32,000 nt of DNA from Phytohabitans rumicis (GCF_011764445.1 NZ_BLPG01000001.1:8143316-8175315), one strand, 5' to 3'. Shown: positions 1 to 8,709, numbered from the stretch's first letter. A program made the numbers and translations. Notes: a model not told the origin generated them from the letters alone.

Positions 1-47
1 AAACGTGAACTGGACCTGATGCTCGACTGGCGCGCACACTCGGCGGT

Positions 48-1457
48 ATGGACGAGATGGTGGTCAAGAGCCGGGAAGATCTGCTGGCCGCGACGGGTGC
101 GCGCCGGATCGTCGTACGCGGCGACATCGGCGGCCTGCCGGCGCTGACGCTCGCGCCCGGGCAGCGGCTGGCCGGCGAGGGCAGGGTGCTCGCGTTCGCG
201 CCCGGCGTGGACGGGATCCGGCTGACCCGCGACAACGAGGTGTCCGGCCTGCGGATCGAGGTCGAGCCGGGACGCCGGGCGATCCACAACGACACCGGCG
301 TGGACGACCTCGGCACGCTGCGGTTGGCCGGTGTCACCGCGGTCGGGCAGGTGCGGATCGTCGCCGAGGACCGGGTGCGGCGCGGGCACGTCGAGGTGGA
401 CGGCCTCGACGTCGTCGCCGCGGACACCCGCGACGCGGCCGCGCGGCCGGCGCTGCTCGGCGTCGGCGTGCTTCCCGGCGCGTTCACGCTGTGGAACAGG
501 CAGGACGACCCCGCCGCGCTGCTCACCGCCGAGCTGCGCGGCGTCCGGGCCGGCACCACCGGCGCACCGGTACGCGGCAGCGGCGTCTTCGTCTTCGGCG
601 CCGGTCCGGACGGCGGGCGGGTCGAGGTGGGCGCACTGGTCACCGGGCCGGTCTTCACCGACGGCGGCATCCCGGAGGGGACCGCGGACACGATCAGCGG
701 CGGCGTGTTCGTCGGGTACGGCGTGCACGCCCGCGAAGTGCTCGCCGCCGGCCCGGTCACCACGTACGGGGTCAACGACATGGTGCTGGACAACTGGGGC
801 GAGGTCGACCGGTGGACCGCCGAGGCGCCGCTGACGTCGTACGGGCGCAGCGGCGTGGGCATGGTCAACTTTGGCTCGATTACCGCATTAAGGATCCAAT
901 CTCCAATAGAAACGCACGGGGTGGGCGCCCGCGGCTTCAACGTGTACCGCCTCGACGGGTTCACCGGGCCGACGGTCGGGGAGGCCGAGTTCGACCGGAT
1001 CACCACGTACGGCGACGCCGCGATCGGGATCCAGATAGGACAGCCGGTCGGCCGGATCACCATCCACAATGGAATCAAAACGGCCGGGGGAGCCGGCGAC
1101 TCGCTGGTGCGCGGCGCCATCGTACGGCTGTCGGCGCACGCCCTCAGCGTCCAGCCGGGCGGCCGGGTCGGCGCCGTCGAGGTGGGCGGCGAGCTGGCTA
1201 CCTCGGGCGATGAGGTGGCGGCGGTGGACGTACACGGAGAGGTGGCCGGGATGCGCGTTGCCGGCGGGATCCGGTCCGCCGGTGTGGCCGCGGACGCCGT
1301 GTTTGTGGGCGGCGGCACCCTTGTCTTGCGGGACACCGAGGTGCGGGCGGCCGACGGCACGGCGGTCCGGGTGACCGGCGGCGGGGGAGCGGAGTTGCGC
1401 AACGTGCACGCCTCCGGTGGACGCGGCGACGTGGTGGTCGCGGCGGTGCGACGATAG
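48..1457 (+). CDS. hypothetical protein, Gly/Val/Asp/Arg-rich with periodic short beta-strand repeats (right-handed beta-helix-like), no signal peptide
   Basis: 469-aa ORF with an ATG start and strong GC3 bias in this frame. It has recurrent G-x-V-x-V type repeats (GHVEVDGLDVV, GRVEVGALVTG, GAVEVGGELATSG, GEVAGMRVAGG). The fold call is inference only. Confidence 0.6.
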   Translation: MDEMVVKSREDLLAATGARRIVVRGDIGGLPALTLAPGQRLAGEGRVLAFAPGVDGIRLTRDNEVSGLRIEVEPGRRAIHNDTGVDDLGTLRLAGVTAVGQVRIVAEDRVRRGHVEVDGLDVVAADTRDAAARPALLGVGVLPGAFTLWNRQDDPAALLTAELRGVRAGTTGAPVRGSGVFVFGAGPDGGRVEVGALVTGPVFTDGGIPEGTADTISGGVFVGYGVHAREVLAAGPVTTYGVNDMVLDNWGEVDRWTAEAPLTSYGRSGVGMVNFGSITALRIQSPIETHGVGARGFNVYRLDGFTGPTVGEAEFDRITTYGDAAIGIQIGQPVGRITIHNGIKTAGGAGDSLVRGAIVRLSAHALSVQPGGRVGAVEVGGELATSGDEVAAVDVHGEVAGMRVAGGIRSAGVAADAVFVGGGTLVLRDTEVRAADGTAVRVTGGGGAELRNVHASGGRGDVVVAAVRR

Positions 1458-1511
1458 CGGGAGGGGGCACCGCTCCCTGATCAACACCAGGCGGATCGAG
1501 GGGGGTCTGCC

Positions 1512-1928
1512 ATGAGACCAAAGACCGACAACGCGGCGAACGGGCGCTTGTTGGACGACTTCGATGTCACCGCGGACCTGGGGTTCCCGCAGTACCAGTG
1601 GACGCACGTCAGCACGTCGGCGACGCTCGGCCTGATCACCGGCATTCTCGCCCTCGTCGCGTCGCTGACCGGGCTGCTCGCCCCGCAGGGCGCCGCCCTC
1701 GGCGTGGTGAGCGTGGTGATCTGCCTGGTCGGCCTGCGTGCGGTCGACAAGCCGTACGTCACCGGGCACGGCCTGGTGGTGCTCGGCCTGCTCGCCGCCG
1801 TCGCCGCCATCGTGATCGGGCTGGTGGCGATGACCGGCGAGTTCACCTGGCCGAACAGCGGCACGAACGAGGTCGATCGGGTGCACGACTGGCTCGACGA
1901 AAAGTGGTCGTGGTTGGCGCGGTGGTAG
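1512..1928 (+). CDS. small integral membrane protein (about 3 hydrophobic helices), unknown function
   Basis: 138-aa ORF with an ATG start preceded by gagggggg. Hydrophobic stretches include ATLGLITGILALVASLTGLL, ALGVVSVVICLVGL and LVVLGLLAAVAAIVIGLVAM. Confidence 0.6.
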   Translation: MRPKTDNAANGRLLDDFDVTADLGFPQYQWTHVSTSATLGLITGILALVASLTGLLAPQGAALGVVSVVICLVGLRAVDKPYVTGHGLVVLGLLAAVAAIVIGLVAMTGEFTWPNSGTNEVDRVHDWLDEKWSWLARW

Positions 1929-1956
1929 CGGTAGCGTTGCCGCCGTATCCGACTCA

Positions 1957-2724
1957 ATGATCATCACCAGGCTGCGGGCGGCCGGTTGCGTCTTCGCCGA
2001 GGACGAGGCACGGCTGCTCGCCGGCTCCGCGCGTACGCCGGACGAGCTCGACGCCATGGTCGAGCGGCGGGTGGCCGGACTCCCGCTGGAGCAGGTCCTG
2101 GGCTGGGCCGAGTTCTGCGGGCTGCGGATCGAGCTGGAGCGCGGGGTCTTCGTCCCCCGCCGGCGCACCGAGTTTCTGGTCCGGCAGGCCGCCGCCGTCA
2201 GCCGCCCGGGAGCCGTCGTGGTCGACCTGTGCTGCGGATCCGGCGCGATCGGCGCCGCGCTGGCCGCGGCGGTCGGGCGGATCGAGCTGTACGCCGCCGA
2301 CGTCGACCCGGTCGCGGTGCGGTGCGCCCGCCGCAACGTGGCCGCGGCCGGTGGCCGGGTGTACGCCGGCGACCTCGACGAGCCGCTGCCCACCGCCCTG
2401 CTCGGCCGCGTCGACGTCCTGGTCGCCAACGTGCCCTACGTGCCCACCGAGGAGGTCGGGCTGATGCCGCCGGAGGCCCGGGACCACGAGCCCCGGGTGG
2501 CGCTGGACGGCGGCGCCGACGGGCTCGACGTCGCACGCCGGGTGGTGGCCGCGGCGCCGCGCTGGCTGGCGCCGGGCGGCCACCTTTTCTTCGAGACGAG
2601 CGAACGCCAGGCGCCGCGGGCCATCGAGGCGGTCGCCGCCGCCGGGCTCACCGCCCGGGCGGCCAGCTCGGCGGAGCTGGCCGCGACGGTGGTCATCGGG
2701 CGGGCACCGGCGCCGGGCCGCTGA
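1957..2724 (+). CDS. HemK/PrmC-related class I SAM-dependent methyltransferase (putative protein N5-glutamine methyltransferase, substrate unknown)
   Basis: 255 aa. It has SAM motif I (VVDLCCGSGAIG) and an NPPY-type catalytic motif present as NVPYVP, followed by EPRVALDGGADGL, which is typical of HemK-like enzymes. Confidence 0.8.
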   Translation: MIITRLRAAGCVFAEDEARLLAGSARTPDELDAMVERRVAGLPLEQVLGWAEFCGLRIELERGVFVPRRRTEFLVRQAAAVSRPGAVVVDLCCGSGAIGAALAAAVGRIELYAADVDPVAVRCARRNVAAAGGRVYAGDLDEPLPTALLGRVDVLVANVPYVPTEEVGLMPPEARDHEPRVALDGGADGLDVARRVVAAAPRWLAPGGHLFFETSERQAPRAIEAVAAAGLTARAASSAELAATVVIGRAPAPGR

Positions 2725-3910
2725 CCGGCGCGTCCCAGTCGATGCGGTAGCCGAACTGCCACGCCAACTTCTCCGGCTTGGCGAGCGAACGCATGATGGC
2801 CGGCAGGAACAGGTCGCGCAGCACCCGGGCGACCGGACCGGCGGCCTTGTTGCTGTTGGTACGGGCCGCGTTCGCGATGATCTTCTCGACCCGTTCCCGG
2901 CGCAGCCCCTCGTACGCGGCGAACGCCCGCGCGTGCGGCAGGTCGCGCAGGCAGCGGGCGAGCTGCACGGCGCTCTCGATGGCCAGCGAGGCGCCCTGGC
3001 CGGAGCTGGGCGACGTCGCGTGGGCCGCGTCGCCGATCAGCACCACGCGCCCCTTGCTCCAGGTCGGCACCGTGGGGATGTCTTCCATCGGGCCGATGAC
3101 CATGAGGTCGTCGGGGATGGTGCGGTCCAGCAGCGTCGCCGCCGGGCCGCGGTCGTCGGTGACCGCGTCGCGCAGCGTGTGCAGCCACCGCTCGGCCGGC
3201 ACCGTCCGGGTATCGGCCAGCGTCATCGGCTCCGGACGCGGCAGGTTGATGAACCATCCGCCGCTGCCGTCGTCGTTGACCTGGTAGCCGAAGAACAGCC
3301 GTTTGCCGAAGACCATGTGCATCTTGCCGCCGGTGGAGGCGAGCCCGGTCGCGTCCAGCCGACCGCCGAAGTTGAGCAGGCCGGCGTACCGGGGAGCGGG
3401 CGCGGCGGGGTCGATCAACGACCGGGTGGCGGACCGGATGCCGTCGGCGCCGACCAGGACGTCGGCCTCGGCCGTGCTGCCGTCCGCGAAGTGCGCGGTC
3501 ACGCCATCGGCGGCGTCGGCGAGGCCGACCAGCCGCTTGCCGTGCTCGGTGCGGATGCCCCGGCGGGCGGCCTCGTCGTACAGCGCCCGGTACAGCTCGG
3601 GGCGCCACACGAACTGCATGGTGGGCAGGTCGGGTGGGTTGGCCAGCTCGGCGAGGCACTTGCCGGTCCAGCTTTGCAGCACGATCGCGGTCATCGGGAT
3701 CCCGATGCGGCGTACGGCCTCGTCCGCGTCGAGGATGCCGAGCGCGTTCAGCCCGTTGGGCGCGATGCTCAGCCCGGCGCCGACGCCGTCGGCCAGACCG
3801 TCGTACGCCTCGTACACGGTGGCCTGGATGCCGGCCTTCTGCAGGGCCATCGCGGCCACCGGGCCGGCGATCCCGCCGCCGATGACAAGTGCGGTGCGGG
3901 TGTACGTCAT
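2693..3910 (-). CDS. FAD-dependent monooxygenase (aromatic-ring hydroxylase type)
   Basis: The long ORF is trimmed to the ATG at 3910 (MTYTRTALVIGGGIAGP = GxGxxG dinucleotide fold). DG motif ADGIRSATR and GDAAHATSPSSGQG motif are present. The start overlaps the PadR stop as ATGA (3907-3910). Confidence 0.85.
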   Translation of the reverse strand: MTYTRTALVIGGGIAGPVAAMALQKAGIQATVYEAYDGLADGVGAGLSIAPNGLNALGILDADEAVRRIGIPMTAIVLQSWTGKCLAELANPPDLPTMQFVWRPELYRALYDEAARRGIRTEHGKRLVGLADAADGVTAHFADGSTAEADVLVGADGIRSATRSLIDPAAPAPRYAGLLNFGGRLDATGLASTGGKMHMVFGKRLFFGYQVNDDGSGGWFINLPRPEPMTLADTRTVPAERWLHTLRDAVTDDRGPAATLLDRTIPDDLMVIGPMEDIPTVPTWSKGRVVLIGDAAHATSPSSGQGASLAIESAVQLARCLRDLPHARAFAAYEGLRRERVEKIIANAARTNSNKAAGPVARVLRDLFLPAIMRSLAKPEKLAWQFGYRIDWDAPVSGPAPVPAR

Positions 3911-4539
3911 GACTGTTGCCCTTCTGCGTAGGTGGTCGGGTCGGGCTCGCCGTGGAACTCGGCCCACATGCGACCCCAGCCGGATGTTGGATCCGTAATC
4001 CGATCTATGAACTGCTGGACAAAGGACACTTCGGCCTCCAGCAGGGCCAGCCGGTACTCCTCCTCGACGAGGAACAGCCCGGGTACGCCGCCCGCGAGCG
4101 CGCCGTCGACGATGGCGCGGATCTCGGTCCGCTGCTGTGCGAGCAGGTCTAGCCGGTGGCGCAGCAGCGGCAGCACCACGCTGGGCGGTAACGCCGCGAC
4201 CAGCGACAGCGCGGCCACGAAGTGCGGGTACTCGTGCTGCGGCTCGCCGAGCAGTTCGCACAGCCAGTCCTTCAGCTCGGCGCGGCCCGCGTCGGTGAGC
4301 GCGTACACGGTGCGCTCGGGGAGCTGGCCCTGCCGGTTGGTCTCCACCTCGGTGACGAACCCGGCCTTGGCCAGTTGCCCGACGACCATGTAGAGCGAGC
4401 CGTGGTTGAACTTGATGCTGCGGGCGTCGCCGTTGTCCTTCAGGGTGCGGCCCAACTCGTACGGATGCATGGGCCGCTGGGTCAGGTAGGACAGGACGGC
4501 CAGCGCCAGCAGGTTGCCGACCTTGCGCTTCTTCGCCAT
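3907..4539 (-). CDS. PadR family transcriptional regulator
   Basis: 210 aa. The N-terminal winged HTH (LLALAVLSYLTQRPMHPYELGRTLK...GSLYMVVGQLAKAGFV...RTVYALTDAGRAEL) is typical of PadR, followed by a long C-terminal helical domain. Confidence 0.85.
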   Translation of the reverse strand: MAKKRKVGNLLALAVLSYLTQRPMHPYELGRTLKDNGDARSIKFNHGSLYMVVGQLAKAGFVTEVETNRQGQLPERTVYALTDAGRAELKDWLCELLGEPQHEYPHFVAALSLVAALPPSVVLPLLRHRLDLLAQQRTEIRAIVDGALAGGVPGLFLVEEEYRLALLEAEVSFVQQFIDRITDPTSGWGRMWAEFHGEPDPTTYAEGQQS

Positions 4540-4543
4540 CGGG

Positions 4544-5014
4544 TCAGGCGCTCCGGGTGGGGTCGTCGACGGTCGGGAACCCGCCCTCCCGGTGCGCCCG
4601 GCGCAGGTCGTCCAGGTACGCGCGGGAGAACATCGCCGACAGGATGGCGACGCCGCCGCGGTGGACCCGTACCTCGGCGCGCCGCATCCGGCCGGTGAGC
4701 ACGATGCGCCGGCCGCCGGGCGTACCCGGGCCCTGGCCGTCCTTGACCTTTCCGCGGCCGACCCGGTGCAGGTCCCAGTCGTCGATCACGGCGTCGTCGG
4801 CGACCAGCAGCTTGAGCACGGCCCGGTCCAGGTCGACGTCGATGCGGATCTCGCCGTCCGGGATCCGCGGGGAGCGCAGGTCGAGCACGGCGAACCCGTG
4901 GTGGGAGCGCACCTCGAACTCGCGTGCGGTGGTCCAGTGACCGAGCCGCTTGGTGACGGTGTGGTGTGCCGGAACCCGAACGGCCCCAGCATCGGTGGCT
5001 ATAGCAGTAGTCAT
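4544..5014 (-). CDS. hypothetical protein, first gene of the PadR/monooxygenase operon
   Basis: 156-aa ORF with good GC3 bias. Its stop lies 4 nt before the PadR start. I recognise no motif securely; the beta-rich C-terminal half is vaguely LiaF-C-terminal-like. Confidence 0.55.
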   Translation of the reverse strand: MTTAIATDAGAVRVPAHHTVTKRLGHWTTAREFEVRSHHGFAVLDLRSPRIPDGEIRIDVDLDRAVLKLLVADDAVIDDWDLHRVGRGKVKDGQGPGTPGGRRIVLTGRMRRAEVRVHRGGVAILSAMFSRAYLDDLRRAHREGGFPTVDDPTRSA

Positions 5015-5031
5015 GCTCCGAGTATCCAGCC

Positions 5032-5067
5032 CTGACTAGTCAGAGTCAACTACTTTCGCGTGACTAG
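5032..5067. promoter_or_regulatory. candidate PadR operator: perfect 12-bp palindrome CTGACTAGTCAG plus a third TGACTAG half-site
   Basis: CTGACTAGTCAG lies at 5032-5043, 18 nt upstream of the 5014 start codon. TGACTAG is repeated at 5061-5067. Confidence 0.3.
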
Positions 5068-5110
5068 CGCCTCGTGGCCTCCGCGCGGGGCCGGGCGTCC
5101 GCGGTGTGGG

Positions 5111-5230
5111 TCAAGGACTTGTGCGTCGATCAAGGACTTTCCCGCCGATCAAGGGCAAAGGGTCGCGGATTGGAGATCAAACCACGGCCGTTCGCCCTTG
5201 ATCGACGCAGAAGTCCTTGATCGACGCGCC
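5111..5230. repeat. H element copy A: nested hairpin repeat (57-nt core 5147-5203) flanked by CGTCGATCAAGG iterons
   Basis: The outer perfect 17-bp inverted repeat is GCGTCGATCAAGGACTT (5123-5139) / AAGTCCTTGATCGACGC (5211-5227). The inner imperfect 22-bp arms surround the loop ATTGGAGATCAAA. Four more copies occur in this window. Confidence 0.85.
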
Positions 5231-5267
5231 GCGCGCTGAGCGCGGGCGCGGTGGTGGGGAAGTGTCC

Positions 5268-5888
5268 CTAGCGGTCGCGGAGCAGTTGAACGGCCTGCTC
5301 GGGGCGCAGTGGTGGCTCGGGGAGCGGGTGGGCGGCGCCGGCGCGCAGGCCGTCCAGGATGAGCGCGAGGTGCCGGCGCCAGGCGTTCGGGCTGATCTGG
5401 CTGGTGGCCTCGATGGTCCGGGTGATGGCCCAGGTCACGAACATCATGTCTTCGAGTACGAAGTCGGCGCGCAGGGCGCCGCTGTCCTGGGCGCGGGCGA
5501 TGAGCTGGGTCATGAGCGTGTGGCCGCGTGGCGGGGTGGCGACCTGCGGCACCCGCCGGGCGGCGAGGTCGTTGTAGCCGCGGTCCGCGGCCTGCAGGCG
5601 GCAGATCTGCTCCACGAGGTGCGCGAACCCGGCCCAGGGGTCGGGCATCGCCAGCGCGTGCTCGGTGATCCGGACGACGGTCTCCTCGCGGTCGGCGAAC
5701 ACGGCCGCGACCAGTTCGGCCCGGTTGGGGAAGCGGTTGTAGAGCGTGCCGATGCTCACCCCGGCCCGGCGGGCCACCTCGTCGAGGGCGACGTCGAGGC
5801 CGCGTTCGGCGAACACCTCGCGGGCGGCGGCGACGAGCCGCTCGCGGTTGCGCTGTGCGTCGCGGCGCAGCGGTGCCGTCCTGTCCAC
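5268..5888 (-). CDS. TetR/AcrR family transcriptional regulator
   Basis: 206 aa. The N-terminal HTH is RERLVAAAREVFAERGLDVALDEVARRAGVSIGTLYNRFPNRAEL. It is divergent from the SDR gene. Confidence 0.9.
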   Translation of the reverse strand: MDRTAPLRRDAQRNRERLVAAAREVFAERGLDVALDEVARRAGVSIGTLYNRFPNRAELVAAVFADREETVVRITEHALAMPDPWAGFAHLVEQICRLQAADRGYNDLAARRVPQVATPPRGHTLMTQLIARAQDSGALRADFVLEDMMFVTWAITRTIEATSQISPNAWRRHLALILDGLRAGAAHPLPEPPLRPEQAVQLLRDR

Positions 5889-5900
5889 GCGCCCACTCTA

Positions 5901-5955
5901 CCGAAGTTGACGATGCCCTCATGTTGAGGCTAAGTTGAGGACATCTTCAACTTAG
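5901..5955. promoter_or_regulatory. candidate TetR operator / divergent promoter region
   Basis: Near-perfect palindrome CTAAGTTGAGG-ACAT-CTTCAACTTAG at 5930-5955 (one mismatch). A further AAGTTGA half-site lies at 5903-5909, between the tetR start (5888) and the SDR start (5963). Confidence 0.4.
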
Positions 5956-5962
5956 GGAGACC

Positions 5963-6682
5963 TTGGTGATTGCTGTACTTGGGGTCGGGCCCGGTCTGGG
6001 CCTGTCGATCGCCCGGCGCTTCGGCCGGGAGGGCCACGCCGTGGCGCTGGTGTCCCGGTCGGACGCGCGCCACGCGGCGTACCGCGCCGAGCTGGCGGAC
6101 GCCGGCATCGAGTCCCGCGCGTACACCGCTGACCTCACCGACCCGGTCGCGCAGCGCGCCGTCGTCGCGCGCATCGCCGACGACCACGGCGGGATCGACA
6201 CCGTCTACTTCGGACCCGCCGCGGCCGGCGCCCGCGGCATCACGCCACTGGCTGCCGCGGACCCCGAGGACGTACGCGAACCGCTGGAGAACATCCTGCT
6301 GCCCGCGGTGCACCTCGTGTCGGCCGTCCTGCCGGCGATGCTGGACCGGGGCGCCGGGACGCTGCTGTTCGCCGGTGGCCTCAGTGGACTGCGCCCGATG
6401 CCGATGCTGGGCAACCTCGCGCCGGCGTCGGCGGCGCTGCGGATGTACGCGCTCACGCTGCATGCGACGGTGGCGGACCGCGGCGTCTACGTCGGCGCGC
6501 TGACGGTCGGCGGCCTGATCACGGGCGGCGACATCCACCGGACGGTCACCGAGCAGGGCCACCGGATGCCGACGCTGGACCCGGACGCGATCGCGGAGAC
6601 CGCCTGGCGGATGGCGGCGGAGCGCACCCGGCCGGAGGAGGTCTTCGACGCATTCGCCTCCGCCACGGCGGTAGCGGGCTAG
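5963..6682 (+). CDS. SDR family NAD(P)-dependent oxidoreductase
   Basis: 239 aa with a TTG/GTG start. The N-terminal Rossmann motif is VLGVGPGLGLSIARRFGREGHAVALVSR. Length and layout are typical of classical SDRs. Confidence 0.8.
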   Translation: MVIAVLGVGPGLGLSIARRFGREGHAVALVSRSDARHAAYRAELADAGIESRAYTADLTDPVAQRAVVARIADDHGGIDTVYFGPAAAGARGITPLAAADPEDVREPLENILLPAVHLVSAVLPAMLDRGAGTLLFAGGLSGLRPMPMLGNLAPASAALRMYALTLHATVADRGVYVGALTVGGLITGGDIHRTVTEQGHRMPTLDPDAIAETAWRMAAERTRPEEVFDAFASATAVAG

Positions 6683-6719
6683 CCTGCGAGGGAGCATCCG
6701 GTACGACTAGGGGGTAACG

Positions 6720-7133
6720 GTGACTTCTCGTCTCAACCCGTACATCAGCTTCGACGGCCAGGCGCGCCAAGCCCTGGAGTTCTACCAGGGCGTCTTCGGC
6801 GGCGACCTCCGGCTGCACACGTTCGGCGAATACGGTGCGCCCGAATCGGTGGACCCGAACAAGATCATGCACGGCCAGTTGGAAGCCGACAACGGCTTCA
6901 CGCTCATGGGCGCCGACACTCCACCCGGGACGGAGCACGAGCCGGGCAACAACATCTCGATCAGCCTCAGCGGAGACGACGCCGACCTGCTGCGCGGCTA
7001 CTGGGCGAAGCTCTCCGGCGGCGGCACGGTCACCGTACCCCTGGAAAAGCAGATGTGGGGCGACGAGTTCGGGATGTGCATGGATCGTTTCGGCATCGCC
7101 TGGATGGTCAACATCGGACAGCCGCCGGCCTGA
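6720..7133 (+). CDS. VOC (glyoxalase/bleomycin-resistance) superfamily protein, PhnB/YjdN-like
   Basis: 137 aa with a GTG start. NPYISFDGQARQALEFYQGVFGG...MHGQL and a C-terminal DRFGIAWMVN are characteristic of the PhnB-like subgroup. Confidence 0.8.
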   Translation: MTSRLNPYISFDGQARQALEFYQGVFGGDLRLHTFGEYGAPESVDPNKIMHGQLEADNGFTLMGADTPPGTEHEPGNNISISLSGDDADLLRGYWAKLSGGGTVTVPLEKQMWGDEFGMCMDRFGIAWMVNIGQPPA

Positions 7134-7171
7134 CCGGCTATTCACATCGGTCTCTGCGCCGCATATCCTGC

Positions 7172-7204
7172 GGGCTGCCGGTCACCCCCGGCAGTCCCCT
7201 TTTC
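7172..7204 (+). terminator. intrinsic terminator after the VOC gene
   Basis: GGGCTGCCGG-tcaccc-CCGGCAGTCCC hairpin with one bulge, followed by CTTTTC. Confidence 0.5.
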
Positions 7205-7218
7205 ACTAGGAGTGCGCG

Positions 7219-8702
7219 ATGAGACCCTCGTCGATCCTGCGCGGGATGTTGGCCGTGCCGCTGCTCGCGGCCGCGGTCGCGGTGCCCGTACCCGCGTCGG
7301 CCGCGGTGCTGGCAGCACCCGACATTTCGCTGACCAACACGAAGGCGCATCTGCAACAGTTCCAGAACATCGCGACCGCCAACGGCGGCACCCGTCGGTC
7401 GACCACCGCCGGCTACACCGCCTCGGTGACCTACGTGTTCGACCGGCTGGCCGCCGCCGGGTACAGCGTGGTCCGGCAGAACTGCACCTCCGGCTGCACC
7501 GCTGGCGCGGGCCCGAACGTGATCGCCGACTGGCCCGGCGGCGACCCGAACAGCGTGTACATGTTCGGTGCCCACCTGGACGGCGTGACCGCCGGTCCGG
7601 GCATCAACGACAACGCGTCCGGCTCGTCGACGCTGCTGGAGATCGCCCTGACGCTGGCGGCCACCAACCCGACCCTGGCCAGCCACGTCCGGTTCGCCTT
7701 CTGGACCGACGAGGAGCAGGGCCTGAACGGGTCCGAGTTCTACGCCAACACGCTGCCGACCGCCGAGCGGGCGAAGATCAAGGCGTACTTCAACTTCGAC
7801 ATGGTCGCCTCCACCAACGGCGGCTACTTCATCAACCGGATCACCTCGGCTCCCGGGCTGGTGCTCAAGGCGTACTACGACTCGATCGGCGTGCAGACCG
7901 AGGAGAACACCGAGGGCGCCGGCCGCTCCGACGACGCGTCCTTCAACACCATCGGCGTACAGACCTCGGGGGTCGCCGCGGGCGCCTCGCGGGTGAAGAC
8001 CGCCGCCCAGGTGACCAAGTGGGGCGGCACGCAGAGCGCGTTCGACCCTGCTACCACCAGGCGTGCGACCGGTACCCGACCAACATCTCCGACACGGTGC
8101 TGGACCGGTCCGGCGACGCCGCCGCGTACGCGCTGTGGACCCTCGCCACGGGCACCCTGCCGACCACGGTGTGGTCGGACACCTTCGAGACCGCCACCGG
8201 GTGGACCACCAACCCGAACGGCACCGACACCGCCACCACCGGCGTGTGGGAGCGCGGCGACCCGGAGGCCACCACCTCCAGCGGCGCCAAGCAACTGGGT
8301 ACGACCGTGTCCGGCACCAACGACCTGGTGACCGGCCGGCTCGCCGGCGCGGCCGCGGGCGACCACGACATCGACGGCGGCACCACGAGTGTCCGCTCGC
8401 CGGCGATCGCGCTCCCGGCCACCGGCACGCTGAACCTGTCGCTGTCCTGGTACCTCGCCCATGGCAGCAACGCGTCCTCGGCCGACTTCTTCCGCGTCTC
8501 GATCGTCCACAACGCAGGGACGACGGCGCTGTTCACCCAGGCCGGCGCCGCGAGCAACCGCAACGGCGCCTGGGCCACCGGCTCCTGGAACGTCACCGCG
8601 TACGCCGGGCAGTCGGTGCGGATCCTGGTCGAAGCGGCCGACGCGTCGACCGCGAGCCTGGTGGAGGCCGGCGTAGACGACGCCCGCATCACCAGCCAGT
8701 AG
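7219..8702 (+). pseudogene. secreted M28 family aminopeptidase with a C-terminal Thr/Gly-rich beta-sandwich-like domain; reading frame broken by an apparent 1-bp deletion at 8046-8049
   Basis: Frame 1 gives a signal peptide ([18 protein letters not shown]) and M28 motifs ([26 protein letters not shown]) up to ...SAFDP. The conserved continuation [15 protein letters not shown] runs in frame 3 through to 8702. The join needs one extra base in gacCCtgc. The RBS is aggag, 6 nt upstream of the ATG. Confidence 0.8.
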
Positions 8703-8709
8703 GTGTGTT

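Noticed and set aside
1-47. Possible 3' end of an upstream gene at the window edge
   Set aside because: The stretch is too short, all three frames are ambiguous (stops at 6-8 and 18-20 in two frames), and the codon usage is uninformative.
888-2429. 513-aa minus-strand ORF, and similar long ORFs at 2436-3659(-), 2933-3931(+), 11559-13490(+), 15417-17288(+), 24381-25925(+) and 28400-29540(+)
   Set aside because: These are alternative-frame or antisense shadows of confidently assigned genes. Their compositions are dominated by Arg/Pro/Ala/Gly, with no start-site context or motifs.
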